Assembly: GCA_050258935.1 (NCBI GenBank)
Contig: JBLMZS010000042.1
Span: forward strand, 12,778 to 76,777
From: Bacteroidota bacterium
GTDB taxonomy: Bacteria; Bacteroidota; Ignavibacteria; Ignavibacteriales; SURF-24
DNA length: 64,000 nt
Reading direction: 5' to 3'
The translations under genes were made by a program, and so were the position numbers. Position 1 is the first letter of the stretch. Every line of letters begins with the position of its first letter. Below the pieces are notes generated by a model, which was given only the letters and a program-made list of their open reading frames with translations, ran no database searches and was not told the DNA's origin. Below are positions 1 through 9,371 of the stretch, in pieces.

Positions 1-504
1 ATCCGCGCAGCAAACCAGTATAGTTCAGAACCCAGACCAAGAGCAAACGTTACTCTTAATCTGCATACCCCGATGGATTTCGGTCCTGAAACATTCGGGA
101 CTCATCTGCTCGGCGGGATATATACAAACTTCTTCTTTGAGTGGAAAGACGGCGGACGTGTTGACCTGACTCCTGAGGAAACGCTCGAAAGGAATAAGAG
201 ATATATTGATGCGGTTAACTACTGGAATATTGATCTGAGGGCTTCTAAAACATTTGCAACATCTTACGGCTCACTTGAATTTACAGTAACCGTAAAAAAC
301 CTGACAAATAATAAGTGGCTCAATACGAACAATATGTCACAAGCACAATATACTACATACAAGAATTCACTCAAGACTCCGGATGAAGGCGGAGACGATA
401 AATGGGGTGAATACAAGGAGGACTATATCAACCTCGGATGGTGGACACCTGCTTTGTTCCTTAATCCAAGAAGAGTCGTCTTTGGCGTAAGACTTAACAT
501 ATAG
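1..504 (+). CDS. Outer-membrane beta-barrel protein, C-terminal fragment (TonB-dependent-receptor-like); 5' end lies upstream of the window
   Basis: Frame 1 is open from base 1 to the stop at 502-504, with no stop before the first ATG at 73. The sequence is Asn/Thr/Tyr-rich with alternating hydrophobic residues and ends ...RRVVFGVRLNI, like the terminal strands of TonB-dependent or porin-type barrels. Family call is by eye only. Confidence 0.45.
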   Translation: MRAANQYSSEPRPRANVTLNLHTPMDFGPETFGTHLLGGIYTNFFFEWKDGGRVDLTPEETLERNKRYIDAVNYWNIDLRASKTFATSYGSLEFTVTVKNLTNNKWLNTNNMSQAQYTTYKNSLKTPDEGGDDKWGEYKEDYINLGWWTPALFLNPRRVVFGVRLNI

Positions 505-587
505 TGCTTCAGTAACTTACTTATCAGTCTAAGGCATTTATATAGTAATAAAGAAGTTTGTTTTAGAACTAAATTTAGGGTTTAAAC

Positions 588-2705
588 ATGAAACAGAAAT
601 TGTTGCTTTTATCTATACAGGTTTTAGTTCTGTTTTCGGGTACTTTTGCCCAGGAAAAGAATTTCTACCCTCCGCCAATGTCCGTTGATGTAGGTGCATT
701 CGTCATGCCGTTTGATAAGGCAAGCGGCGAAGGCGGCCTTCAGTCACAGTTCAGCTGGACATACGAAACCGTCGGAAATACGGGCGATATTTCGTTTAAC
801 TGGCCGCGCGATGTCTGGAAATCAAATATGCTCTACCAGATTTTCAACCCGGTATGCCTCGATAATAACGGAATTATCGACAAGAATGGAAAGAAACAGC
901 TGTTGGGTGCAGACGGGAACAATAAGACTGTCAATATGGGACAGAACGACTGGGCGCGCGAATTCAGACGCTACCGTCCGCCTCACATTGTAGTCGACGG
1001 CACCCCTATAGATGCACCTTACAGATGGTATCTGGATCCTACTCTCAAAAGCGATGTAAAAATTGAATTTGAGGATATCTCTGCCCAGTTTGGCATGAGG
1101 AGCCATGTTGAAGTGTATGCGTTCAGCCAGCCCGGACAAGACAATTACATAATCTGGAAAGCCACTCATAAATTTACCGGTGAAATCAGACCTCCAAAAG
1201 CACTGACTGCTGACAGGGACACACTTCCTGACCAGTCAATCACATTCTGGTGGCCTATATCATTCAGTCTTGGGCCAACAAAAGGCGGAACCAAGATGCT
1301 TACGGGCGGTTACGGTTATGAACCCGAAGATGATCTGGACAGCTGGTTCAAGAAGAAATCAGTACTGGTTCCGAACAGACAGAGGGATTCACTTTATGTA
1401 GCATATTACTGGGATTCCGATAATCCTGAGGGACCTGTATTTTCCAATGGTTCAAAGGATGACACCGGTGATCCCGACAGAGCGAACGGATCGCTGTATT
1501 CAACCACAATACCAGGGTTTACTCTTCTGTATGCAGACAAATCGGTTGCCGAAAAAATCGATAACCCAGGGCAGCCCTACTCAATGCCGCATGCAAACAT
1601 AGATCCTGATATCTGGGGCCGTACTGGTCCGGACACAAAACTCACATACAGAGGAGATGACAGCCGTGGCCGCTTCCCGCTTGATCCTATAACAGCTAAT
1701 CTGCAGACAGCGCCAGGTAAAGGTCCCATGAGGTTTATAACCTGCGGTCCTTATACTATGACGAAGAATTCTGCATCTTCGAATATTGATTCAATTACAT
1801 TCGTATATGCTCTCGGTGCCGGCAGCATTGGAAGACACCTTTCAGACTCAGTTGGACGCGAATGGTTTGCGGGCAAGATTACGGATGAAGGCAAGAGAGA
1901 ATGGATACTGAAGGGCCGCGATTCCTTGTTTACTGCCCTTGACCGTGCTAACTGGGCATATGACAGGATCCGCAGAGGCCTCACTGTTCCTTCTGCTCCC
2001 CCGCCTCCTGACATTAACGTTGTCAGCGGTCCTAACATCATTACTGTCTCCTGGAGTTATCCTGAAGAATCGTATTTCAGGGACTTCAATACCGGTGTCG
2101 ATGACTGGGATGCCTGGAAAGTATACAGAAAAAAAGGTGCGCTGCTTGTAAATGATCCGCTCGACGAAAAATCAAATGAGGTTTGGGAGCTGGTAGCCGA
2201 AATAAAGGACAGAAAGCAGACTACATTCGTGGATTCTTCGGTAATCAGAGGGGTCGACTATTACTATGCCGTTACTGCTGTGGATAATGGTTCTCAGGGT
2301 TCAGATGATATCGTTCCATTCCAGAGACTCGAGAGTTCGCGCTACGTCAACCGTTCCATGCTGCCTGCTGTACCTTTCAGACCCGGTCTGGCAGTCGCAA
2401 ATCAGGTGCGTGTTGTACCTAATCCGGCAACAGTAGCTGCAGGCGGAGGACTGAATCAGGGTAACCCCGATAAGATTTCATTCTTTAACCTTCCGTATAA
2501 ATGCGTACTGAAAATATTTACCGAGACGGGCGATCTTGTAAAAGTAATTCCGCATGAAGGTACAGCCGATGAGGAATGGAACCAGCGTACCGATGAAAAT
2601 CAGTACGTCAGCAGCGGCATATACATTCTTGCTGTAACTGAGGCAGGAGCTCAGGATGGAAAATCGCTTGATAATCAATTCGTTAAATTTGTTTTAGTCC
2701 GTTGA
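588..2705 (+). CDS. Secreted protein of unknown function with an FN3-like module and a T9SS type-A-like C-terminal sorting domain
   Basis: 705-aa ORF with signal peptide MKQKLLLLSIQVLVLFSGTFAQ. It has an FN3-like stretch PPPPDINVVSGPNIITVSWSYPEE...YYYAVTAVDNGS. The last ~90 aa (VRVVPNPA...LKIFTETGDLVKVI...SSGIYILAVT...KFVLVR) fit the T9SS CTD pattern. The large N-terminal core has no motif I recognise. Confidence 0.6.
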   Translation: MKQKLLLLSIQVLVLFSGTFAQEKNFYPPPMSVDVGAFVMPFDKASGEGGLQSQFSWTYETVGNTGDISFNWPRDVWKSNMLYQIFNPVCLDNNGIIDKNGKKQLLGADGNNKTVNMGQNDWAREFRRYRPPHIVVDGTPIDAPYRWYLDPTLKSDVKIEFEDISAQFGMRSHVEVYAFSQPGQDNYIIWKATHKFTGEIRPPKALTADRDTLPDQSITFWWPISFSLGPTKGGTKMLTGGYGYEPEDDLDSWFKKKSVLVPNRQRDSLYVAYYWDSDNPEGPVFSNGSKDDTGDPDRANGSLYSTTIPGFTLLYADKSVAEKIDNPGQPYSMPHANIDPDIWGRTGPDTKLTYRGDDSRGRFPLDPITANLQTAPGKGPMRFITCGPYTMTKNSASSNIDSITFVYALGAGSIGRHLSDSVGREWFAGKITDEGKREWILKGRDSLFTALDRANWAYDRIRRGLTVPSAPPPPDINVVSGPNIITVSWSYPEESYFRDFNTGVDDWDAWKVYRKKGALLVNDPLDEKSNEVWELVAEIKDRKQTTFVDSSVIRGVDYYYAVTAVDNGSQGSDDIVPFQRLESSRYVNRSMLPAVPFRPGLAVANQVRVVPNPATVAAGGGLNQGNPDKISFFNLPYKCVLKIFTETGDLVKVIPHEGTADEEWNQRTDENQYVSSGIYILAVTEAGAQDGKSLDNQFVKFVLVR

Positions 2706-2708
2706 AAA

Positions 2709-3779
2709 ATGAAAAAATATTATTACGACCTAACGGAGGTACTGATGAAATTTTATAAATATATGTTCTTTTTATTGATTATTACTGTGCTATCAGGCGG
2801 TTATTCCTATTTACCGGCCCAGATCGAGAAGAAGGCTCAGGTTGGATTCAGGTTTTTGGAAAACCCGGTTTCAGCTGAAGTAGCCGGCCGCGGTCAGGTC
2901 GGAATAACCACTACTTATAATTCAAACGGTATATTCTGGAACCCCGCACTGCTCGGCCTGATACAGAGCAACTACGACCTGAGCCTGAATCATACTTCTG
3001 GTATTGCAGATATTGATTATAACGCACTTGCTGCAACTGTAAAACTTGGTAATGCAGGTGTGCTCGGCTTCAGTCTTCTGGCAATGGACTATGGCGACTT
3101 CTATGGTACAGTCAGAGCCGGAAATTCACAGGGATATACTGAAACCGGTACATTTTCACCGACAGCTTTTGCTGCTGGTATAGCTTTTTCTCAGGCTGTT
3201 TCTGATAAATTTTCATATGGTATTCATCTGAAATATGTCTATCAGGACCTCGGAGAAGCTTACATCGCAACATCCGGCAGCGTTGATTCGGGTCTTGTGC
3301 TCGATAAAAGGAAATACTCATCGAGTAATCTGACACTTCCCTTCGCTATAGATGTCGGCGCATACTACGATTTCCAGTACAATGGAATCAAGTTCGGAGC
3401 TGCACTGCAGAATATTTCAAAAGAGTTCAGATATGAAAATGAAAAATTTCCGATGCCGTTTTCTGTAAATTTCGGCCTTACTGTCGAACCTCTCGGATTC
3501 TTCGACATTCATGACAAAGACCATAATCTCATGGTATGTGCTGAAAGCCGCCACCCAAGGGATTTCGGTGAGAAAACAAAATTCGGTGCTGAATATAAGT
3601 ATATGGATATGTTTATCGCCAGAATCGGTTACATGACAAACTATGACGGCAGGGATATTACAGCCGGACTGGGTGTAAGATACAACCTTTCAGGTGTACC
3701 GCTCAGAATAGATTATGCTTATGAACCGTACGATATTTTTGGAGATGTTCATTTCCTGTCGCTTGGAATAAGCTACTAA
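2709..3779 (+). CDS. PorV/PorQ-family-like outer-membrane beta-barrel protein
   Basis: 356-aa ORF starting 3 bp after the previous stop. It has a hydrophobic leader (an alternative start at MKFYKYMFFLL, nt 2745, is possible). The N-terminal signature is FRFLENPVSAEVAGRGQVGITT...GIFWNPALLG. Gly/Tyr/Phe-rich alternating strands end ...VHFLSLGISY (aromatic terminus). Confidence 0.55.
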   Translation: MKKYYYDLTEVLMKFYKYMFFLLIITVLSGGYSYLPAQIEKKAQVGFRFLENPVSAEVAGRGQVGITTTYNSNGIFWNPALLGLIQSNYDLSLNHTSGIADIDYNALAATVKLGNAGVLGFSLLAMDYGDFYGTVRAGNSQGYTETGTFSPTAFAAGIAFSQAVSDKFSYGIHLKYVYQDLGEAYIATSGSVDSGLVLDKRKYSSSNLTLPFAIDVGAYYDFQYNGIKFGAALQNISKEFRYENEKFPMPFSVNFGLTVEPLGFFDIHDKDHNLMVCAESRHPRDFGEKTKFGAEYKYMDMFIARIGYMTNYDGRDITAGLGVRYNLSGVPLRIDYAYEPYDIFGDVHFLSLGISY

Positions 3780-3780
3780 T

Positions 3781-3822
3781 AAAAAAAGCCCCTGCATTTA
3801 CTGTGCAGGGGCTTTTCTATTT
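3781..3822. terminator. Bidirectional rho-independent terminator between convergent genes
   Basis: aaaaaaa-GCCCCTGCA-tttactgt-GCAGGGGC-ttttctatttt: a GC-rich stem of about 8 bp (gcccctgc/gcaggggc) flanked by an A-run and a T-run. Confidence 0.8.
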
Positions 3823-3836
3823 TCTTATAACGAACA

Positions 3837-4382
3837 TTACCTTTTTACTTTTTTCCAGTTGAACATCCATGGATCTGACTTTCTGCCGGGAGCTATATCA
3901 CTGTGCCCCAGAACATATTTAATTTTATACTTGCTTTTCAGCTCATCTATTAGTCCGTTCAGTGAATCATACTGCGCTTCGTTTGGGCCGCACTGCATCG
4001 TATTGACCAGCTCTATACCTATTGATGATGCATTTACATTTGTATCCCCATTGGGCAGTCGGCTGCGTCCAGCATGATAAGCTATATCTGAATCTTTTAC
4101 CAGCTGATATATATTGCCCTGCCGGTCTATGATATAGTGAGCTGACACACCGTAATTCTCATATTCCTTAAGCACACCTTTCACACTGAACGTATCTACA
4201 TCGAGTGCATTATACGATGAATGTATTATTATAGAAGAAATCTGTCTTTTTTCAGCTGCCTTATGACCATAAGGCACGTGGTTTGAAATTATTTTAATAT
4301 CTTTTTCGGGTTTCATGGCTAAAATATCCCCCGGCACACCCGAAAATGCCATAAACAGGGGCAACAACAATAATTTTCTCAT
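3837..4382 (-). CDS. N-acetylmuramoyl-L-alanine amidase (Amidase_2/PGRP/AmpD-like), secreted
   Basis: Motifs IIIHSSYN, VSAHYIIDRQGNIYQLV, IAYHAG, IGIELVN and LGHSDIAPGRKSDPW are typical of the zinc amidase_2 fold. I prefer the ATG at 4382 (MRKLLLLPLFMAFSG signal peptide) over the GTG-extended ORF reaching 4433. Confidence 0.8.
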   Translation of the reverse strand: MRKLLLLPLFMAFSGVPGDILAMKPEKDIKIISNHVPYGHKAAEKRQISSIIIHSSYNALDVDTFSVKGVLKEYENYGVSAHYIIDRQGNIYQLVKDSDIAYHAGRSRLPNGDTNVNASSIGIELVNTMQCGPNEAQYDSLNGLIDELKSKYKIKYVLGHSDIAPGRKSDPWMFNWKKVKR

Positions 4383-4629
4383 ATTTTTATACCGGAATTC
4401 CTGTACTATTGAAATTACTAAATAAATCAGCACTACATGTACTTCTATGACATCGCTGAATTTTTACAAAAATATCATTTCAGTTGACAATCCGCAAATA
4501 CATATCTTCAATTATACCGGGTAAAATTCCGTACCTGATACAAACCGAACATTTTAAAAAGTAGTGCGTCTAATCAAAGGTAAGAAATAATTTTAGTCTT
4601 AACAATTTTACAATATAACAGGAGCCGTC

Positions 4630-6690
4630 ATGATTTTTGATAAAAAATCATTCACCGTTCTATTTCTTTTTCTACTATCAGTGCTGTCATTTAGTATGCC
4701 CACTGAAAACCCCGTTCTCCATCCGTTGAATCAGGCAATTGATTTCAAGTCTATCACTGCCCGTGATATTTCTTCAGCAACAGATGAAGTACTCGCTGCT
4801 TCTAAAAATGCTCTGGAGAAAATCTACAGTATCCCGAAAGAAAAACGGACATATTACAATTCTCTGCTGGCACTGGATGACATATACAACAACGTTTCGG
4901 GCGTACAGAGCATTGTAAATCTGATGCTTAACGTTAATCCTGACGAATCGGTACGCAATGCATGCAAGGAGGCACAGACAAAGCTGGACGCATTCAACAA
5001 CAACATCGCGCTCGATGAGACGCTCTACAACGCTCTGAAGCAGTACTCAAAGAGTGCTGATGCAGGTACGCTCAGCAAGCCAAGGAAAAAATTCCTGAAT
5101 GAGACAATACAGGAATTTGAGAGATCAGGTTTCAGGCTCCCGGCAGAAAAAAGAGCTTCGCTGAAAGATGTACAGAACAAACTTTCTGAACTCTCCATGC
5201 GCTTTGCTACTAATATAGCTGAATACAGTGATTCTCTTGTACTTGATGAATCCGGCATGGCCGGATTGCCTGATGACTATAAAAATGCCCGCCGTCGTTC
5301 TGACGGCAAATACGTAATTGATATGAGCTACCCCTCATACTTTCCTTTCATGCGTCTTGCCAAATCAGATGAGGCAAGGAAATCTCTGTATACAAAATTT
5401 CTGAACATTGCATCGGATAAAAACATCTCACTGCTAAAAGAAATATTATATAACCGGAAAGTACTCTCATATATACTTGGATACCAGACTTATGCTCAGT
5501 ATGCACTTGAACCAAGAATGGCTCAGAATGCAAAGAATGTCTGGGAATTCGAAGATAACCTGATTGCTAAGCTGAGACCGAAGGCGGAAAAGGATTTCAA
5601 CGAACTTATCCAGGTTAAACGAAAAGTTACAAATGACCCGGCGGCAACTGCTATCCAGCCCTGGGAGGCGGCTTATTACAGAAATATTCTTCTGAAGGAT
5701 AATTATAGTCTGGATCCCGAGCTGGTGAAGGAATACTTCAGTGTTGATGATGTGATCAGCGGTATGTTTAAGACGGCGCAGCATCTTTTTGATATACAGT
5801 TCAGGCAGGTCGATAATGCATCTGTATGGCATAAGGATGTAAAAATGTATGAAGTCATTGATAATGATAAAGTAATTGCCCGTTTTTATTTGGATCTTTA
5901 CCCACGCGACAACAAATTCAACCATGCTGGCTGTTTTAATATACTGAAAGGAAAATCTACTTCACAGGGTTATCAGCTGCCAGCGGTTGCACTCGTATGC
6001 AATTTCCCTGCTGCAACATCAGATAAACCTGCACTAATGCCACATTCAGACGTTACAACATTTTTCCATGAATTCGGTCATGCACTTCATGCAGTATTAA
6101 CCCAGTCTGAACTCAGTGCTTTTTCTGGTACTTCGGTATCTATGGATTTTGTTGAAACCCCGTCACAGATATTTGAGAACTGGGCCTGGAATTATGATGT
6201 CCTCAAGACATTTGCTCATCATTACAAGACCAGAGAGCCGCTTCCCGAAGACCTCTACCGCAAAATGATAGACACAAAAAATGTTACGAGCGGTATTATG
6301 ACTCTCTATCAGGTTCTTTATGGTGAGATAGATATGACACTGCACGACCATTTTAATACAAAAGGATCTCTGACGACTACTGATATAGTGCGAGAGCTGC
6401 ACAATAAGATACTCCCATATCCTTTCACTGAAGGTACAAATTTCGAAGCAGGATTCGGTCACCTCATTGACTATGCTGCTGGCTACTATAGTTACCTTTG
6501 GGCTGAAGTCTATGCACAGGACATGTTTTCCATATTTGAACAGAACGGAGTAATGGACAAGCAGACCGGCAGAAGGTTCAGGGAACAGGTGCTAGCAAAA
6601 GGTTCAACAGAAAAAGAGAGCGATATAGTTAGAACTTTTCTGCAGCGCGAACCCAAACAGGATGCATTCCTTAAATCACTGGGACTTTAA
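4630..6690 (+). CDS. M3-family zinc metallopeptidase (oligopeptidase / peptidyl-dipeptidase Dcp-like), secreted
   Basis: 686 aa with a signal peptide. HEFGHALH is the HExxH zinc site, with a downstream ETPSQ glutamate region typical of the thimet oligopeptidase family. AGGAG lies upstream of the ATG. Confidence 0.85.
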   Translation: MIFDKKSFTVLFLFLLSVLSFSMPTENPVLHPLNQAIDFKSITARDISSATDEVLAASKNALEKIYSIPKEKRTYYNSLLALDDIYNNVSGVQSIVNLMLNVNPDESVRNACKEAQTKLDAFNNNIALDETLYNALKQYSKSADAGTLSKPRKKFLNETIQEFERSGFRLPAEKRASLKDVQNKLSELSMRFATNIAEYSDSLVLDESGMAGLPDDYKNARRRSDGKYVIDMSYPSYFPFMRLAKSDEARKSLYTKFLNIASDKNISLLKEILYNRKVLSYILGYQTYAQYALEPRMAQNAKNVWEFEDNLIAKLRPKAEKDFNELIQVKRKVTNDPAATAIQPWEAAYYRNILLKDNYSLDPELVKEYFSVDDVISGMFKTAQHLFDIQFRQVDNASVWHKDVKMYEVIDNDKVIARFYLDLYPRDNKFNHAGCFNILKGKSTSQGYQLPAVALVCNFPAATSDKPALMPHSDVTTFFHEFGHALHAVLTQSELSAFSGTSVSMDFVETPSQIFENWAWNYDVLKTFAHHYKTREPLPEDLYRKMIDTKNVTSGIMTLYQVLYGEIDMTLHDHFNTKGSLTTTDIVRELHNKILPYPFTEGTNFEAGFGHLIDYAAGYYSYLWAEVYAQDMFSIFEQNGVMDKQTGRRFREQVLAKGSTEKESDIVRTFLQREPKQDAFLKSLGL

Positions 6691-6750
6691 TATTCATTTT
6701 ATTTCTGATTAGTGCCTCACCATGATAGTTGTACTATCCACTATGAAGAT

Positions 6751-6782
6751 GGCAAGGTCTTTAAAGGCCTTGCCTTTTTTTT
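6751..6782 (+). terminator. Rho-independent terminator after the M3 peptidase gene
   Basis: GGCAAGGTCTTT/AAAGGCCTTGCC is a near-perfect 12-bp inverted repeat followed by tttttttt. Confidence 0.75.
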
Positions 6783-6896
6783 ATCTGGCCAGCCAGTATA
6801 TTTAATAACAAATTCACGTTGATGATTTATACTATTTTCTGTTTTTATTTTTTTAATTTTCGCTATATTTAATGCAATATTTTTAGGGATATTAAC

Positions 6897-7817
6897 ATGG
6901 ACAGAAGAGAATTTTTCAAGAAAAGTCTGCTGGCTGCAGCTGCAGCTACATACGGCACTCAGACATTTGCAAATATTCTTCCGCTGGCGGAAAAATACAC
7001 ATCTAAACAGGCATACGATCTCGTTGCATTGAAAGGCGGAATGCCCGATGCGATGTTTGATAAAGGTATTGCCGCACTGGGCGGAATGAAGAACTTTGTA
7101 AAAAAAGGCCAGACTGTCGTTGTAAAACCCAACATTGGCTGGGATGTTTCACCGGAAAGAGCTGCTAATACAAATCCTCTTCTCGTAAAGAGAATCATTG
7201 AACACTGTTATAATGCTGGGGCAAAAGAGGTGCTTGTATTCGACCACTCGTGTGATAACTGGGTTAAATGCTATTCGACCAGCGGTATCGAAAAAGCTGT
7301 AAAAGATGCAGGCGGCAAAATAGTTTCCGGAGGTCAGGAAAGCTATTATCAGGAAGTAAAAATATCCGGAGCAAAAACGATAAAAAAGGCGAAGGTACAT
7401 GAACTTATACTATCTTCTGATGTATTCATAAATGTTCCAATACTGAAACACCACGCTTCAGGCCGCCTGACCGTCTCCATGAAGAATCTTATGGGCATTG
7501 TATGGGACAGAGGTTTCTGGCACCAGAATGATCTGCACCAATGCATAGCGGAATTCTCAATGTACAGGAAACCAGATCTGAATATTGTCGATGCATACAA
7601 TGTCATGACAAAACATGGTCCCCGCGGCGTTTCCAAATCTGACCTCATAAATCTCAAATCGCAGATAATTTCGACAGATATGGTTGCTGCGGATGCTGCT
7701 TCAGCGAAGCTGTTCGGAATAGAACCTGATGAAGTCAATTATATTAAAATTGCCGATCAGCTGAAAATTGGCCGCAAAGACCTGAATAAACTGAATATCA
7801 AAAGAATAAAGATATAA
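6897..7817 (+). CDS. DUF362 domain protein with a twin-arginine (TAT) signal
   Basis: N-terminus MDRREFFKKSLLAAAAATYG has an RR motif plus a hydrophobic region. DUF362-like blocks are VVVKPNIGWD...ANTNP, EVLVFDHS and IISTDMVAADAASAKLFG. Confidence 0.7.
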   Translation: MDRREFFKKSLLAAAAATYGTQTFANILPLAEKYTSKQAYDLVALKGGMPDAMFDKGIAALGGMKNFVKKGQTVVVKPNIGWDVSPERAANTNPLLVKRIIEHCYNAGAKEVLVFDHSCDNWVKCYSTSGIEKAVKDAGGKIVSGGQESYYQEVKISGAKTIKKAKVHELILSSDVFINVPILKHHASGRLTVSMKNLMGIVWDRGFWHQNDLHQCIAEFSMYRKPDLNIVDAYNVMTKHGPRGVSKSDLINLKSQIISTDMVAADAASAKLFGIEPDEVNYIKIADQLKIGRKDLNKLNIKRIKI

Positions 7818-7850
7818 TACATATAGTAATAATCCGGGCACAGAGTTAAG

Positions 7851-9371
7851 ATGCACTATTTTAAGAAAGCAAGGGTATTGATCTCGACACTGGTTTTCAT
7901 TTCAGCATTACTGATATTTGCAGATTTTACCGGTTCACTTCCAGCTGGTCTCTATAAGGTCACCACATGGTTTCAGTTTATTCCTGCGCTGCTAAAGCCG
8001 GCTTTGGGTTTTGCCGTAATAATTGGGATTACCTTTATTGCAGGAAGAATTTACTGTTCATTTCTCTGCCCGCTCGGATACCTACAGGACCTGCTGATAA
8101 GAGTACGCATTGGAAAGAAAAAAAGGAAATTTAAATATCTTCAGCCTTCAGTATGGGTCCGTTATTCCATACTTACGCTGACTGGTTTATCTTTGCTTTC
8201 CGGTACTGCATTCGTGATTATTCTTCTGGATCCATACAGTAACTTTGGACGCATTGTTTCCGGTCTGCTAAGACCGCTGCTCATCTTTGTGAACAATCAG
8301 GCATCTGCCGGTCTCGAAAATCTTCAGTATTATTTCCTGTATCCTTATGACCTCAAAGGTATCACTATTCTGACTGCTGTATTTCCATTGTCTGTATTCA
8401 TTCTGCTTATCTATCTTTCTGTAAAATATGGGAGGATTTATTGCAATCTTTTGTGTCCGGTTGGTACATTCCTGGGGTTAATTTCCAGAATTTCTTTCTT
8501 CAGAATTTACATAGATGAATACAGGTGCAAACAATGCGGTGTATGTGAAGTAAAATGTAAGGCTAACTGTATCAGTATAAAAGACAAGAGTATAGATTTT
8601 TCGAGATGTGTGATGTGTTTCAACTGTCTGGATGTCTGTCCTTCCGGCGGAATTAAAACCGGCAGGCTCAGTCGCAGATCAGATGTCAGTGTACCGGAAA
8701 AGACAGACATTAAAAAGCGCGAATTCATTAAAAACACATTGATGTATTCTGCAGGACTTAGTGCATTTTCTTTCAGTGCACAGAAAGCAATTCCTGATAA
8801 TCTTAAGAAGCGGACACCGGTAACACCTCCCGGATCATCTAGTCTGGATCATTTCCATTCTTCCTGTACTGCGTGTCATTTATGCGTAAGCAGCTGTCCG
8901 ACACAGGTACTGCAGCCATCGTTTCTGGAGTACGGTTTTACTGGTATGCTTCAGCCCAGAATGAACTATATCAGTAGTTTCTGCAATTACGACTGCAATA
9001 TTTGTACAACAGTCTGCCCTACCGGTGCTCTCAGGGAAACTGATATTGAAAGCAAAAAACTCATTCAGCTTGGACGTGCAGTTTTCACAAAGCATAACTG
9101 CATAGTATATACGAATAATACAGACTGCGGTGCCTGCTCAGAGCATTGTCCGACAAAAGCTGTTACAATGAAACCATATGGCAAGGATTTGTTCATCCCT
9201 GAAGTGCGCGCTGGATTCTGTATCGGCTGCGGTGCGTGTGAGTATGCATGCCCGGCCAGCCCTAATAAGGCAATTATAGTGGAAAGCAACAAGGTACATC
9301 AGATAGCCAGGAAACCGGTAGAAGAAACTCCGGATAAAACTCGTCCGTCACAGGAGGATTTCCCGTTCTAG
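7851..9371 (+). CDS. Membrane-bound polyferredoxin (NapH/MauN-like N-terminal domain plus multiple 4Fe-4S motifs)
   Basis: Several N-terminal TM helices carry CSFLCPLG and CNLLCPVG. These are followed by six cluster motifs: CKQCGVCEVKC, CVMCFNCLDVCP, CTACHLCVSSCP, CNYDCNICTTVCP, CGACSEHCP and CIGCGACEYACP. Confidence 0.75.
   Translation: MHYFKKARVLISTLVFISALLIFADFTGSLPAGLYKVTTWFQFIPALLKPALGFAVIIGITFIAGRIYCSFLCPLGYLQDLLIRVRIGKKKRKFKYLQPSVWVRYSILTLTGLSLLSGTAFVIILLDPYSNFGRIVSGLLRPLLIFVNNQASAGLENLQYYFLYPYDLKGITILTAVFPLSVFILLIYLSVKYGRIYCNLLCPVGTFLGLISRISFFRIYIDEYRCKQCGVCEVKCKANCISIKDKSIDFSRCVMCFNCLDVCPSGGIKTGRLSRRSDVSVPEKTDIKKREFIKNTLMYSAGLSAFSFSAQKAIPDNLKKRTPVTPPGSSSLDHFHSSCTACHLCVSSCPTQVLQPSFLEYGFTGMLQPRMNYISSFCNYDCNICTTVCPTGALRETDIESKKLIQLGRAVFTKHNCIVYTNNTDCGACSEHCPTKAVTMKPYGKDLFIPEVRAGFCIGCGACEYACPASPNKAIIVESNKVHQIARKPVEETPDKTRPSQEDFPF

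Noticed and set aside
4383-4433. A GTG-initiated 17-codon extension of the amidase ORF.
   Set aside because: The ATG at 4382 yields a typical signal peptide directly, and the extension adds no recognisable sequence.
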